64,000 bases of DNA from Marine Group II euryarchaeote MED-G35 (lineage in GTDB: Archaea; Thermoplasmatota; Poseidoniia; Poseidoniales; Thalassarchaeaceae): positions 2,534 through 66,533 of the forward strand of contig NTJS01000001.1 in NCBI GenBank assembly GCA_002457155.1, read 5' to 3'. The number at the start of each line of letters is the position of its first letter. Within the stretch, counting starts at the first letter, position 1. Positions 1-9,856 of the stretch are shown here, in pieces. The translations under genes were made by a program, and so were the position numbers. The notes under the pieces were generated by a model. It did not search any database. It saw only the letters and a program-made list of their open reading frames with translations, and was not told where the DNA came from.

Positions 1-1088
1 TCCCACGCCTAACAGGCTGTGGCGACTCAACAGTCAGGGAGGTTACTAGAATCCTAGAGGAGCAGGTTATCAAGAGAGGGATTCAGAGGAATGCAGACCA
101 TTTGCCACTCTCTATTGTATCTGATAACAATCAAGTCAGAGGAATAGTGACCCTGAATATTTCTACAGGGGAAATCGAACCATTTCAGACAAAGGCGGTT
201 ATTCTCGCATCCGAAGGCCACCAGGGACTCTGGTCAAACCCGAATGAGGGTTCGGGAACCGGCGCGGCTCTGGCATTATCAGCCGGAATCGAGTTGAGGG
301 GGATGGGGAGCACCCCCAGGCACCCACTAACACTCAGGGACTGCGGCATTCATATCCCAATGGACGTACTTGGTTCAGGAGGTAGGATAAGGAGAGAAAA
401 TGGAGATGACATCGGTCCTGAGGAGGCCCTCGAGGGAGAGTCCTGCGTTCTTGATTTGAGAGGAATGGACCCAGACGCAAAGGCATGGTTCTCCCAAACA
501 TCATTGCGAATCAGAGACAGGCTCGGACTAGACACCACAAGAGACGTGATACCCTTGTCTCCTGGCGTAGCTTACACCACAGGAGGAGCCCCTTGTGATC
601 ACGAGGGCAGGGTAATCTTCGAGGAACAAAACACAGGAGATTCGGTAAGCCTATGGCACACCGGCCTGTATGCTGCTGGAAGGAGTGCCAATACTGGAAT
701 GCACGGCATCTCTCCTCTACCCGGCAATATCCTACTGGATGACTTAGTTTCCGGAAAGGCAGCAGGCGTCCACGCCGCTACCTGGTCTCCAACTAACCTC
801 TTCGGGGGCTCGACCCAAATCGAACAAGCAGTGAAGGAAGCATCTGAAAGAATCACCTTAATCAGGGAAGGGGAAGGGATGACAGTAGGAAACTTCGCCT
901 CTAAACTATCTTCTGCAATCTCGACAGGTTCGTCCTCGAAGGATGCAGCACTAGCAGAAATCCACAACATCAAGGGTTCTGGGATCCGACTCACGGATAC
1001 TTCGAAAGTCATGAACACCGAGATGGTGGAGGCCCTCAGATTACACGGATTAGCCTCGGTAGCCGAGGCGATCATTACCTCTGGGTGA
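1..1088 (+). CDS. SdhA/FrdA/NadB-like FAD-binding protein, degenerate paralog (5' partial)
   Basis: Frame is open from position 3 (PRLTGCGDST...). Flavoprotein-like segments TKAVILASEG, GSGTGAALALSAG, RHP, AYTTGG, GLYAAG, GMHG...GNILLD. The C-terminal domain is shortened. Confidence 0.7.
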   Translation, partial: PRLTGCGDSTVREVTRILEEQVIKRGIQRNADHLPLSIVSDNNQVRGIVTLNISTGEIEPFQTKAVILASEGHQGLWSNPNEGSGTGAALALSAGIELRGMGSTPRHPLTLRDCGIHIPMDVLGSGGRIRRENGDDIGPEEALEGESCVLDLRGMDPDAKAWFSQTSLRIRDRLGLDTTRDVIPLSPGVAYTTGGAPCDHEGRVIFEEQNTGDSVSLWHTGLYAAGRSANTGMHGISPLPGNILLDDLVSGKAAGVHAATWSPTNLFGGSTQIEQAVKEASERITLIREGEGMTVGNFASKLSSAISTGSSSKDAALAEIHNIKGSGIRLTDTSKVMNTEMVEALRLHGLASVAEAIITSG

Positions 1089-1092
1089 TTAG

Positions 1093-1515
1093 ATGGGCGA
1101 TGATCCAAGCATCTTCTCCTTGATCATCAAAGGAGAGATCCCCTGTCACAAGGTGTACGAGGACGATTTGGTTTTCGCATTCCTAGACATCAACCCATTC
1201 AGCCCCGGCCACACTCTAGTAGTTCCCAAGGAACCGTCTAGAACACTTGACAAGTTGAGCGATGAATCGGCAGAGGCGTTGGGGCGCGTTCTCCCTAGAA
1301 TTTCAAAAGCGATATTGAGAATAACCGGGGCCGAAGAATTCAACGTCATCCAGAACAACGGCCCAAACGCTTTCCAGAGCGTTTTCCATGTACATTTCCA
1401 TATTATTCCCAAGATGAAGGACGGCAGAGGCCTAACATTTCCATTCAAATCTTCACCAATAGACCATGAGCAAGCAGAAAAGTTGGCCACGTCAATCAGA
1501 GAATTGCTGGATTAA
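1093..1515 (+). CDS. HIT family (Hint-like) nucleotide hydrolase
   Basis: IFSLIIKGEIP, AFLDINP, GHTLVVPK and histidine triad HVHFH. Confidence 0.93.
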   Translation: MGDDPSIFSLIIKGEIPCHKVYEDDLVFAFLDINPFSPGHTLVVPKEPSRTLDKLSDESAEALGRVLPRISKAILRITGAEEFNVIQNNGPNAFQSVFHVHFHIIPKMKDGRGLTFPFKSSPIDHEQAEKLATSIRELLD

Positions 1516-1557
1516 ATTATTCTCAATAATCAAGACCTAAAACCCACTCCGAATCCT

Positions 1558-3045
1558 GTGTCGGATATGCATGGTGCTCCCAATATCGAACCAGAATTGT
1601 CCAGTGGAGCAATGAAACTGAGAAGAAAGAAACTAGATCGCCTTCCTTGGGACCATACTGGCAGACACCCGGGGAACCCATTCTTCTGGAAGATCATCGT
1701 CTTGATGATGGGCATAGGTCTAAGGTATATTTTCAGAAGGAGCCACTACGACAAATTTCCTGATTTCGAGGGTGGAAGAGTTCTGTCAGCTATCCATCTA
1801 AATGGTCTGGTCGACCCCACGACAATGGTCCATTCCCAGGATCGCAGAGTCATCTCAATGGGCAGACATGACTTGATGACAATGCCCTTGATAGGCTGGT
1901 TCTCCAGGAGAATGGGCTCTCAGCCGGTGATTAGGAGGTCAGAGATAGAAAATGGGGTTTCGGATGAAGAGTATGCGAAAAAAATCAACGACAGGACATT
2001 GTTGACAATGACAAATTGCATCGCATCAGGGCACAATGCCCTGGTGATGCCAGAGGGAAAGTCCCATCAGGACTCAAGACTGCACAGATTCAAGACGGGC
2101 CCTATGAGATTCGCGTTAAACGCAGCCTCAATCGCACAACACAGGGGTCTCCCATCCCCAGCACTTCAGCCCATTGGCCTCCACTTCCGATGTCACTATT
2201 GGTTCAGGACAGATGCTTTCATTGAGTTCCAAGACCCCATCCCAGTAGATGCACCAGAAGTTCCAGGTGCGGCAGAGAGATTGTCATCGGGAGCATGGGT
2301 GGAACCCCCATCCGAACAAGTAAACTCTCTGCGTGATAGGTTATTCTCTGCGCTTTCAGAGGTCTCTCCAGACGCCCCCGATTGGGAAACCTACCGCGCT
2401 TGGCACCTGATAGGTCATATCCGAGCAAATATGGCCAACAAACCCCTCGGCTCGTTCAGGGACGAAGTACTTGCAGCAAGGGATGTCCGTGACTCGCTTG
2501 CAGATAGAGAACCCCAGGAGGGCTTGCTGGCTCCTTCTATAGAAGCTGCAAAGATACTACACGATCACAATCTGGATGGACGCTCGGTAGAAGGGCTGAA
2601 TCTGAAGACAAGCAGGGCGTGGATCAGCGGCTTAGCAGGCATTTTCTTGATGGCACTCGCGGCCCCGGTCACGATTCCGTCAACTGGAGCCCAGGCATTC
2701 TTCGCATGGTACATGGGAGACAGGACAGACGAGGGAATAGACGCTAGGACCACATATCACTTCCTAGCTGGGATGTTCTCGCCTATTCTATTCTGGATTC
2801 CCATGGCAATTGTAACGTCCATGATACTCATAACGCCATCCATGATTTCATTACCAATTAATCTTGGATTAGCGGTGGTCATAGTCTTCCTCATTCACGC
2901 TTCAAACGTAGTCTTCCTGTTTGGATATGATTGCTGGACCGATTTCGCTATCTCCTCTAAGAGTGCACGCCTAGCGTCCTCTGAACAAGGAAAGAGACTC
3001 CTTGAACTGATTGATGATGTTAGCACCAACCTCAACTTGCTCTAA
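1558..3045 (+). CDS. PlsC-like glycerophospholipid acyltransferase with C-terminal TM helices
   Basis: Block I HLNGLVD, PVIRR, block III MPEGKSH, FKTG, IGLHF; hydrophobic C-terminal third. Confidence 0.8.
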   Translation: MSDMHGAPNIEPELSSGAMKLRRKKLDRLPWDHTGRHPGNPFFWKIIVLMMGIGLRYIFRRSHYDKFPDFEGGRVLSAIHLNGLVDPTTMVHSQDRRVISMGRHDLMTMPLIGWFSRRMGSQPVIRRSEIENGVSDEEYAKKINDRTLLTMTNCIASGHNALVMPEGKSHQDSRLHRFKTGPMRFALNAASIAQHRGLPSPALQPIGLHFRCHYWFRTDAFIEFQDPIPVDAPEVPGAAERLSSGAWVEPPSEQVNSLRDRLFSALSEVSPDAPDWETYRAWHLIGHIRANMANKPLGSFRDEVLAARDVRDSLADREPQEGLLAPSIEAAKILHDHNLDGRSVEGLNLKTSRAWISGLAGIFLMALAAPVTIPSTGAQAFFAWYMGDRTDEGIDARTTYHFLAGMFSPILFWIPMAIVTSMILITPSMISLPINLGLAVVIVFLIHASNVVFLFGYDCWTDFAISSKSARLASSEQGKRLLELIDDVSTNLNLL

Positions 3046-3069
3046 ATAGGACCGCTTCCTGCAACATTC

Positions 3070-3696
3070 GTGAACCATAGCGAGGCGGCCGACTCAATCA
3101 GGGCTTGGTTGGAAGGGGAGAGACTAGAAGCCAGAGAGGTCAAAGACCCCCAAGCGATAATCCACCTTCACGTACGATACCCGCCGACAAAGCAAGGGCA
3201 CCTCTTCAATATTGTAATTCCAAAGAATAGGAATCTTGTATTGGTCTATTCAATCACAAGAGTGGACGAAGGGCAACAGGAATCAATGCGAGAAATGGCC
3301 AAAGAGGAATCAGAGGACTGGGAGGAGTGGCTTCATGAAACCAGAATAAGAATGACGTCTTCAGATCTTGATTGGGTCCTCCATGTCGGCAAAAGCAAAG
3401 ATGGAGTGGCGGGCCCTCTTCAGGCATTCAATCTTTCAAGACCAGTTTGGCTAGACGGACTTACGCAGAATGAGTTTATGCAAAGCATGAGAAAAGTCTG
3501 GCTGACTAAACTCTCATTGATCCATCAAATCAAGTACGGTTTCGGCAATGGCAAGGGGAAGCCAGGGCCTGTTGACGATTGGGAAGGAAAGAAGTCTGGC
3601 CGAGCATCGAGACAACCTCAAACGCGCCAATCCGAGATTGATACAGACGAGACCGGCGGCTTTGGCAAGGACTTCGACCCGCTCGAGTGGGCATAG
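3070..3696 (+). CDS. DUF2299-like conserved archaeal protein
   Basis: 208-aa ORF; IRAWLEGE start and VWLDGLTQNEFM segment resemble DUF2299; family call tentative. Confidence 0.55.
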   Translation: MNHSEAADSIRAWLEGERLEAREVKDPQAIIHLHVRYPPTKQGHLFNIVIPKNRNLVLVYSITRVDEGQQESMREMAKEESEDWEEWLHETRIRMTSSDLDWVLHVGKSKDGVAGPLQAFNLSRPVWLDGLTQNEFMQSMRKVWLTKLSLIHQIKYGFGNGKGKPGPVDDWEGKKSGRASRQPQTRQSEIDTDETGGFGKDFDPLEWA

Positions 3697-3766
3697 TCCC
3701 CGAGGCACCCAGGAACTAGCAAAAAGTGACCATAAGGGGTTTAGGTTAAGTATCCGAGTAATCCGA

Positions 3767-6700
3767 ATGATTACGATGCACTACGACCGTTCTACCGACA
3801 AGGAAGGAATTTCGAGCAAGAGGAGTGGCACGACCATTGTCATGTTGATGCTACTCAGCCTCCTAGCCTCGTTCTCATCTCCAGCCAGTGCCAGTGACAT
3901 TGTAGTCACGGATCCAATAGAAGTCGTTCAGAGCAGTGTGCACAATGACAGAATGATGGCAATGGACGCGGACTCTCAAGGAAACGTGCACGTTGTCTGG
4001 AGTCGTAACACAAATCACCTGTATTACAAGATGCTAGATCCAAGGGGGGAAACCCTGATCTCAGAGACCCAAATATCTGATCCGGGAGCTCATCGAGCGT
4101 GGCATCCAGATGTCACTGTTGACAGTGATGACATGGTTCACGTTGTTTGGACAGATAGGGCCGGGCAGTACAAGATCATGTACACTCTTCTCGACCCATC
4201 ACTAGACGATCAGAGTGGGGATGCATCTCTAGACTCAACCCTGTCCGTAGTGCCAAACGACTTCGAAGTCGCAAACAACCCGCAGAATCGGGATTGGCCA
4301 GCCATTGATGTAGACTCAGAAAACAACCCCCACATCGTATGGGAGGATTCTTTTGAGCCCCTTGAGCTATACTATCAGCAGTCACAGATTTACTACAAGA
4401 TGCTCTCAGTAGACCAAGTCGCTAGAGTAGTTATTGTTGAGATTGACAACACCCTCCTTACTCCCATACTTGGCCAGAAGGGACACCCAGACATCGCAGT
4501 CGACATCAACGACTTCGTACAGATCGTCTGGGACGACACCAGAGGAGGCCAAGTAGAGATGGTGGTCCCAATCGACACCTCAGGTTCGATGAACGCAGAA
4601 TGGGCAGACATGTGCGCAGTATTCTACGGAGGGAACTTCGCCAGTGGGGGGTATTTCGTGGGATTGAAGCCAATGCTTGTCAGCGCCAATATGAGCGTAT
4701 ATGAGACACTATATGCGCTAAGCGGCAATTGGCCTGCAGCAGCAACCAGCGGAAACTGTGCCGATGCCTACCAGACTGGGGGCTCTGGGAGCCAAGGACC
4801 CAGAAACACCCCACTTGGGCCAGGAGACGCCTCAGGTGGAATCAGGGAGCTAACCGAGGTCGTTTACAACAATCAGGCTACTAACCTCCCAGCTGATGGG
4901 GGGTATTACAGCGAGTTTTGGGGACCAGCATCGACTTGGGCATGCCTCTCATATAGGGACATTCAGGGCAGACAAGGACTAGCAGCAAACCCCCCAACCA
5001 CACTAGACCACCGATGGAACGACAATGCTACTCGAGTGGTCATACCTATTTCCGACGAGGGCCCCTATGGTGGCACCCCAATGGATAACGACGACACCTC
5101 GAGCATCAACCAGGCACACGATGCATGTGTTTTGGCTCAGACTAAGCCATACCCTCTCTGGGCGGGTTCTGATACGGCAGTGGGTAGCTACATGCTGGAT
5201 ATGGCGCAGTGCCCCGTGGGCTCCGGACTCAATACCAGAACATGCAATGGAGCAACAACCCGTACCACCACTGCGGAGGGACAAATGTACCAGTTCCCAA
5301 CTACCGCTGGGTCTTCTTCCGAACTAGAGATCATGGTTGAGGCCATGGTTTACCTAGCTACGAACAACTCACGTGAGATTTACATGACAGTTCTGGACCC
5401 TCACGCCCTATTGGAGAACCCATGGCCTGGTTGGAGCCGAGGAGATCCCGGGACCGAAGCAAATCAGAATGGATATTACGTTGAGGATCTAGGACCTTCG
5501 GAAGATGAACAGGGATACGGTCATCTAATAGTCGTGAATGACACTCAGATTACCAATAATCCAGCATACAGTCTGCACCCTTCTATTGCTATCGATAACT
5601 CCGGTAACACGCACCTAGCTTGGCAGGATGGCCGGCTCTATCCCGGTTGCGATGGCCGCACAGGAGGAATCGATATCGAAGGGGCCTACGAGATATACTA
5701 CACCAGGCTTCGACTAAGAGGGGCCGCAGAGTGGGACGGGGTGCCAGAAGGCCTTCCTGCCTATGGAATAAAACAGATTGCGTCAAGCGCAATTTCGACT
5801 CCAGAACAATGCGAGGGCGCCTCCGAAGAATACCCATTTGCGCCCAGCTCGGTTGCCCCTCAAATTCTGACTGATTCCTTCGACAATGTCCATCTTTCTT
5901 GGATTGATTATAGTTTTACAGAATGGCAGGAGACAATAATGTACGCCAGGCTGAACAATACTAACGAAAAGTATCCACAAGGGTTCCCGATAAACTCAGC
6001 AGCATCGTCAATCCTTGATCCATGGGAGGTCCAAGAGGTCAGCAATTGGACATCTGACAAACTCGGCCCAGCAATGTGTCAACCAGAATGCAACACCGCC
6101 GACGGGCATCACTTATTCCCCGATTTCAATCTTGACAGGGGAATGCCCCCGGCGTTTGCAAACGACCTAGGTAGTGGTGCGCACATAGGATGGTCCGACA
6201 AGAGATGTGACTGGGAGGGTTCCAATGCAAACAAGTGGACCCTCTGTTATGTTCACGTGCTCACTGGTCTAGTTGACCTCTCGCTCGCTTGTGATGAGAA
6301 AATCCAAACAAATGCAAACATAGAGGGATACCCATACGAATGCCCTACTGACGCTGAGACATTCTATCACACAATCCAACCCGGCGAGCTTACAACCTTC
6401 AACATCACAATCGCAAACCCGACTCCCGGACCAGCCGAGTTGGTTAGAGACACATTCACAGTCACCATGGAGGGAGTCCCCAACAATTGGACAGCCACCC
6501 TTTTCTACATGACCAATAATACGCCAATCTTCGACTCGACTCCTGTTTTCCTAGATGGCGGAGCTATCGACCCACTATATCTCAGAGTCAGAACACCCAC
6601 GATTTACCAAGCGAAAGACGACGAATTGGCCCAAATAAGCATAATCGCGACATCCGCAAAGGATCCAGCAATCCGTAACAAACTCACCCTCCTGACTTTG

Positions 6701-9043
6701 ATGGATGTAGTGCATGGTATCGAACTCGATACTAGCCACTTCCAGGTAGATGTCGAGCAAGGCAAGTCAGCGGTATTCTCCATCTCAATCAAGAACACCG
6801 GAAACGTGTATGACACCTTCGCATTCTACGACCCAGCTACGTTGGAGGGTCAGAATGAGTGGTCATTGCCATTTGGATGGGGCATAGACTTCCCACTCCT
6901 CCTCTCCCTTGATCCCGGACAGTCTGTCACGAGAAACCTGAAGGTCAGCGTTCCCGAGTCTCAGGACCCAGGCACATTCGCCATCTATCTGAAGGGGTGG
7001 TCTACGGGCGAACCGGTCCTTTCTATCGACAGAGGGACCTTCGACGTTCTAGAACTGTGGATAAATGTCTCAATCAGGACGACCGGGAACATCGTCTTCG
7101 ACATCGGTGATACGAAGTTGTACGTTCTCCCAGGAGAGTGTGCTATTTTCCCGATTCAAGTGAACAAATACTTCACTCCGGGCCACATTGTCTTCACAAC
7201 TCCCGGGGCTCCGATGGAAAGACCTGCAGAAGCCGACATCAACTCTTGGAGATTCGATCATTGGACGGTGGACCTGGACTTCTCTGAGTGGTCAGGCAGC
7301 CCATCCTCGGCCGATCAGGACATTTACTGGGCCCAAGTAGGAACTACCTACACCGTGAGTGCAGAGATGTGCTCCCCATTCAATGCAACAGCCGGAATAG
7401 GCGAATCAGTGACCGTGCGAGCACATCTGGACGGTACTCCGAAGGTCCGTGACTCAGTTCTGATTCTGACGAACGTGGTCCAGAGGTACGAACTCGAGTC
7501 AATTGTCCCAGAAACTATCGTCGACCTGTACCCCGGACAATCCTATCAGATGAATACAACGGTTTCCAATCTAGGGAACGGACAGGACAGGTTCGATATC
7601 ACCATCGAATCAATTGTAGATAGCCAAGGAGGGGCCCACGTCTGGGATATGGACATCCCTAGGATCCTGTTTGAGGAATTGAATAGGGACGAAGCCCAGA
7701 CAGTGCCAATTTACATCAATGTCCCTGTACAGACCCTAGCAGGCGAGTACACAATCACATTCAATGTACTGAGCGAGGAGCCATTCCCCTGCACAGAGGA
7801 TCCGTGTGAGGGGACCAAGGTTCAGGATCAGATAGTAATTAGAGCCACAATCATAGAATTCCATGACATGCAGATCTCACTAGATCCAACGGTTGAGAGC
7901 AAGATAAAGACGACCGCGCCAAGCAGAATCGTAAGATACACGCTCAACGTATCCAATTTCGGGAACGTCGAGGATCAACCTACAATACACAATCACACCT
8001 ACGATGATGTAACCAATGTCTGGTCCGTGAGACCGGGCCTCGGATCGCTCAGCACATGGGAAATTGATTACGCCCTGCTGGAGGGATTCGGTACCGAATT
8101 CCCATTAGAGAAGCCATGCGTGGAGTTAACTGTAGAAGAAGAGAACCAAATCAACCAACTGTTGTCACAAGGAGAAGGTCCAGATTACTGTTATGTTACT
8201 GCTGCTAACACACTTACTCTCCCAATGATGCAACCATACACTACATTGCAGTTGGTGGTCATCGTGACAGTCGCTCCAGACGCGGCTCTAACCGATAGAA
8301 ACCTGGGAATCAAGGTGCTCTCTATGCATGGGTCATCCGATCAGGGAGGAGATTTCGATGAGACCGAAGTTTGGACCGACTCATGTACTCTGGATAGCAA
8401 TTCAGACGGCTTCCCAGACAACCTTCCTCCTGATTGCGACACCAACGAACAAATTCTAGAGATGCGACTAAGAGCCCCAGACTTGGTCCTTGAGAGCGTC
8501 ATAGCTCCAGTCAAAGAGGCCGCAATTGGGGAAATGCTCTCCATCAACGTCTTCATCACAAACAGAGGGAATGCCCATGCTACCGACGTGAACATAATCC
8601 TGTGCAAGGACCAGTCGGAGTCGGATATCAAGAGGAACGGCTGCAAAGAAGAAAACATCGTCTACAGGCAGATTGTCAACGCCATCATGCCCATCGGCCA
8701 GTCCGATACCGATCAGTCCGACCCAATTACCCTGCTATACATGGTGGAGCCAGGGAACCACGTTATCGTCGTGGTCGTGGATCCAGACAACAACATCGTA
8801 GAGACCGATGAGAACAACAACATCCAGAGGATTGGGAACATGAAATCCCCCTTAGGCTCACTCGATGTCGGTAGGGAGCTAGTCGTTAGGTATGCAGTGC
8901 CAGCCATAATCATCGGAGCAACCTTCTCCCTCTTTGGAGTCGCAGGTTACGTTATTTGGGGTAGGAGAGTCGAAGCCCTGGCAAGGTTCTCCGAGCTAAG
9001 CAGCCTTCTTCCCGGCTCCGACGACGATGACATGGTCTTCTGA
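3767..9043 (+). CDS. Large type I membrane surface protein: 7-blade beta-propeller with inserted vWA (MIDAS) domain, NEW3/CARDB Ig-like domains, TM helix, short tail
   Basis: Signal peptide (IVMLMLLSLLASFSSPASA); seven PxIxxDxxxxxHxxWxD repeats; DTSGS MIDAS; repeated NxGNxxD sandwich motifs; CARDB (PDLVLE...VDPDNNIVETDENNN); TM AVPAIIIGATFSLFGVAGYVIW. Start moved from 3548 to ATG 3767 (or 3776). Confidence 0.8.
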   Translation: MITMHYDRSTDKEGISSKRSGTTIVMLMLLSLLASFSSPASASDIVVTDPIEVVQSSVHNDRMMAMDADSQGNVHVVWSRNTNHLYYKMLDPRGETLISETQISDPGAHRAWHPDVTVDSDDMVHVVWTDRAGQYKIMYTLLDPSLDDQSGDASLDSTLSVVPNDFEVANNPQNRDWPAIDVDSENNPHIVWEDSFEPLELYYQQSQIYYKMLSVDQVARVVIVEIDNTLLTPILGQKGHPDIAVDINDFVQIVWDDTRGGQVEMVVPIDTSGSMNAEWADMCAVFYGGNFASGGYFVGLKPMLVSANMSVYETLYALSGNWPAAATSGNCADAYQTGGSGSQGPRNTPLGPGDASGGIRELTEVVYNNQATNLPADGGYYSEFWGPASTWACLSYRDIQGRQGLAANPPTTLDHRWNDNATRVVIPISDEGPYGGTPMDNDDTSSINQAHDACVLAQTKPYPLWAGSDTAVGSYMLDMAQCPVGSGLNTRTCNGATTRTTTAEGQMYQFPTTAGSSSELEIMVEAMVYLATNNSREIYMTVLDPHALLENPWPGWSRGDPGTEANQNGYYVEDLGPSEDEQGYGHLIVVNDTQITNNPAYSLHPSIAIDNSGNTHLAWQDGRLYPGCDGRTGGIDIEGAYEIYYTRLRLRGAAEWDGVPEGLPAYGIKQIASSAISTPEQCEGASEEYPFAPSSVAPQILTDSFDNVHLSWIDYSFTEWQETIMYARLNNTNEKYPQGFPINSAASSILDPWEVQEVSNWTSDKLGPAMCQPECNTADGHHLFPDFNLDRGMPPAFANDLGSGAHIGWSDKRCDWEGSNANKWTLCYVHVLTGLVDLSLACDEKIQTNANIEGYPYECPTDAETFYHTIQPGELTTFNITIANPTPGPAELVRDTFTVTMEGVPNNWTATLFYMTNNTPIFDSTPVFLDGGAIDPLYLRVRTPTIYQAKDDELAQISIIATSAKDPAIRNKLTLLTLMDVVHGIELDTSHFQVDVEQGKSAVFSISIKNTGNVYDTFAFYDPATLEGQNEWSLPFGWGIDFPLLLSLDPGQSVTRNLKVSVPESQDPGTFAIYLKGWSTGEPVLSIDRGTFDVLELWINVSIRTTGNIVFDIGDTKLYVLPGECAIFPIQVNKYFTPGHIVFTTPGAPMERPAEADINSWRFDHWTVDLDFSEWSGSPSSADQDIYWAQVGTTYTVSAEMCSPFNATAGIGESVTVRAHLDGTPKVRDSVLILTNVVQRYELESIVPETIVDLYPGQSYQMNTTVSNLGNGQDRFDITIESIVDSQGGAHVWDMDIPRILFEELNRDEAQTVPIYINVPVQTLAGEYTITFNVLSEEPFPCTEDPCEGTKVQDQIVIRATIIEFHDMQISLDPTVESKIKTTAPSRIVRYTLNVSNFGNVEDQPTIHNHTYDDVTNVWSVRPGLGSLSTWEIDYALLEGFGTEFPLEKPCVELTVEEENQINQLLSQGEGPDYCYVTAANTLTLPMMQPYTTLQLVVIVTVAPDAALTDRNLGIKVLSMHGSSDQGGDFDETEVWTDSCTLDSNSDGFPDNLPPDCDTNEQILEMRLRAPDLVLESVIAPVKEAAIGEMLSINVFITNRGNAHATDVNIILCKDQSESDIKRNGCKEENIVYRQIVNAIMPIGQSDTDQSDPITLLYMVEPGNHVIVVVVDPDNNIVETDENNNIQRIGNMKSPLGSLDVGRELVVRYAVPAIIIGATFSLFGVAGYVIWGRRVEALARFSELSSLLPGSDDDDMVF

Positions 9044-9044
9044 T

Positions 9045-9779
9045 CTACTTGGCCATCCACCAAGGCAACGGCATTGAGTCCCTTCCAGCGACGAAGGATC
9101 CCGAACTAGTTGCGAAATCCCTCATCAGTCGTTCTCTCAAAGTATCCATCATCTCCTCCGCATGCATCGACTGGATCCGCATCCCCTGCGAGAATGCATC
9201 AAGATCCAAAGGCCTCCTTGGGTGCCTCATCATCGCGTGTGCGAGCTGCCTCTCTTCGTATGACTCGAAACTCTCATCGACACTGGGGGATACTTTGTGC
9301 ATCACTTGCTGATGCAGAGCAATAATCGAGTCTCTCTGCCTGTCAACGCTCTCCAAGGCTGCATCCAATTCTGACAGAATACCCATTGCGTCGACCATCG
9401 GGAGAGTCTTACTAGCCCCTATCTTCCCAACCACATTCTCTAGATCGCTAGGCAGGCTTCCCGATAATCGCATTCCTCTGGGCATCTTTCGATGCTCTGC
9501 CCTAAACAGGTCTGGCCCCAAGTCTAAGCGAATTGAGAATGACTGATTAACTCTGTACACCTTCTTTGGAGGCCCTCCCTTGTCCGACTTCCTAATTTCA
9601 GAATCTACGAATCCAGCCTCCTCTAGGACTTTGAGATGTTTGACAACTGCCTGTTGGCTTACATCGAGCAATTCAGAGAGTTGGAGAGGGTAGTGGGGCT
9701 CTTTTACCAAGTGCCTTAGAATAGATCTCCTTGTAGAATTCTCTAGGATGCTGAGAGACTCATCGAACCCTACCATCAC
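9045..9779 (-). CDS. ArsR-family winged-HTH transcriptional regulator
   Basis: LENSTRRSILRHL...LSELLDVSQQAVVKHLKVLEEAGFV...GPPKKVY followed by a coiled-coil. Confidence 0.85.
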   Translation of the reverse strand: MMVGFDESLSILENSTRRSILRHLVKEPHYPLQLSELLDVSQQAVVKHLKVLEEAGFVDSEIRKSDKGGPPKKVYRVNQSFSIRLDLGPDLFRAEHRKMPRGMRLSGSLPSDLENVVGKIGASKTLPMVDAMGILSELDAALESVDRQRDSIIALHQQVMHKVSPSVDESFESYEERQLAHAMMRHPRRPLDLDAFSQGMRIQSMHAEEMMDTLRERLMRDFATSSGSFVAGRDSMPLPWWMAK

Positions 9780-9856
9780 TTACCAACTCAAGGTTGGGTA
9801 GTCAACGCCCTCTAAAAACCCAATCTAGATGATTATGACGTAAACTTGGATTCCAG

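Noticed and set aside
1516-1530. Palindrome ATTATT-CTC-AATAAT before the acyltransferase gene
   Set aside because: Short, AT-rich and single copy, so it cannot be assigned as an operator.
3548-3766. N-terminal extension of the 1831-aa ORF
   Set aside because: It overlaps the preceding gene by ~150 bp, and the signal peptide only begins after ATG 3767/3776.
5438-5446. RGD tripeptide in the integrin-like protein
   Set aside because: A single tripeptide in ~1750 aa can arise by chance, and there is no conservation evidence.
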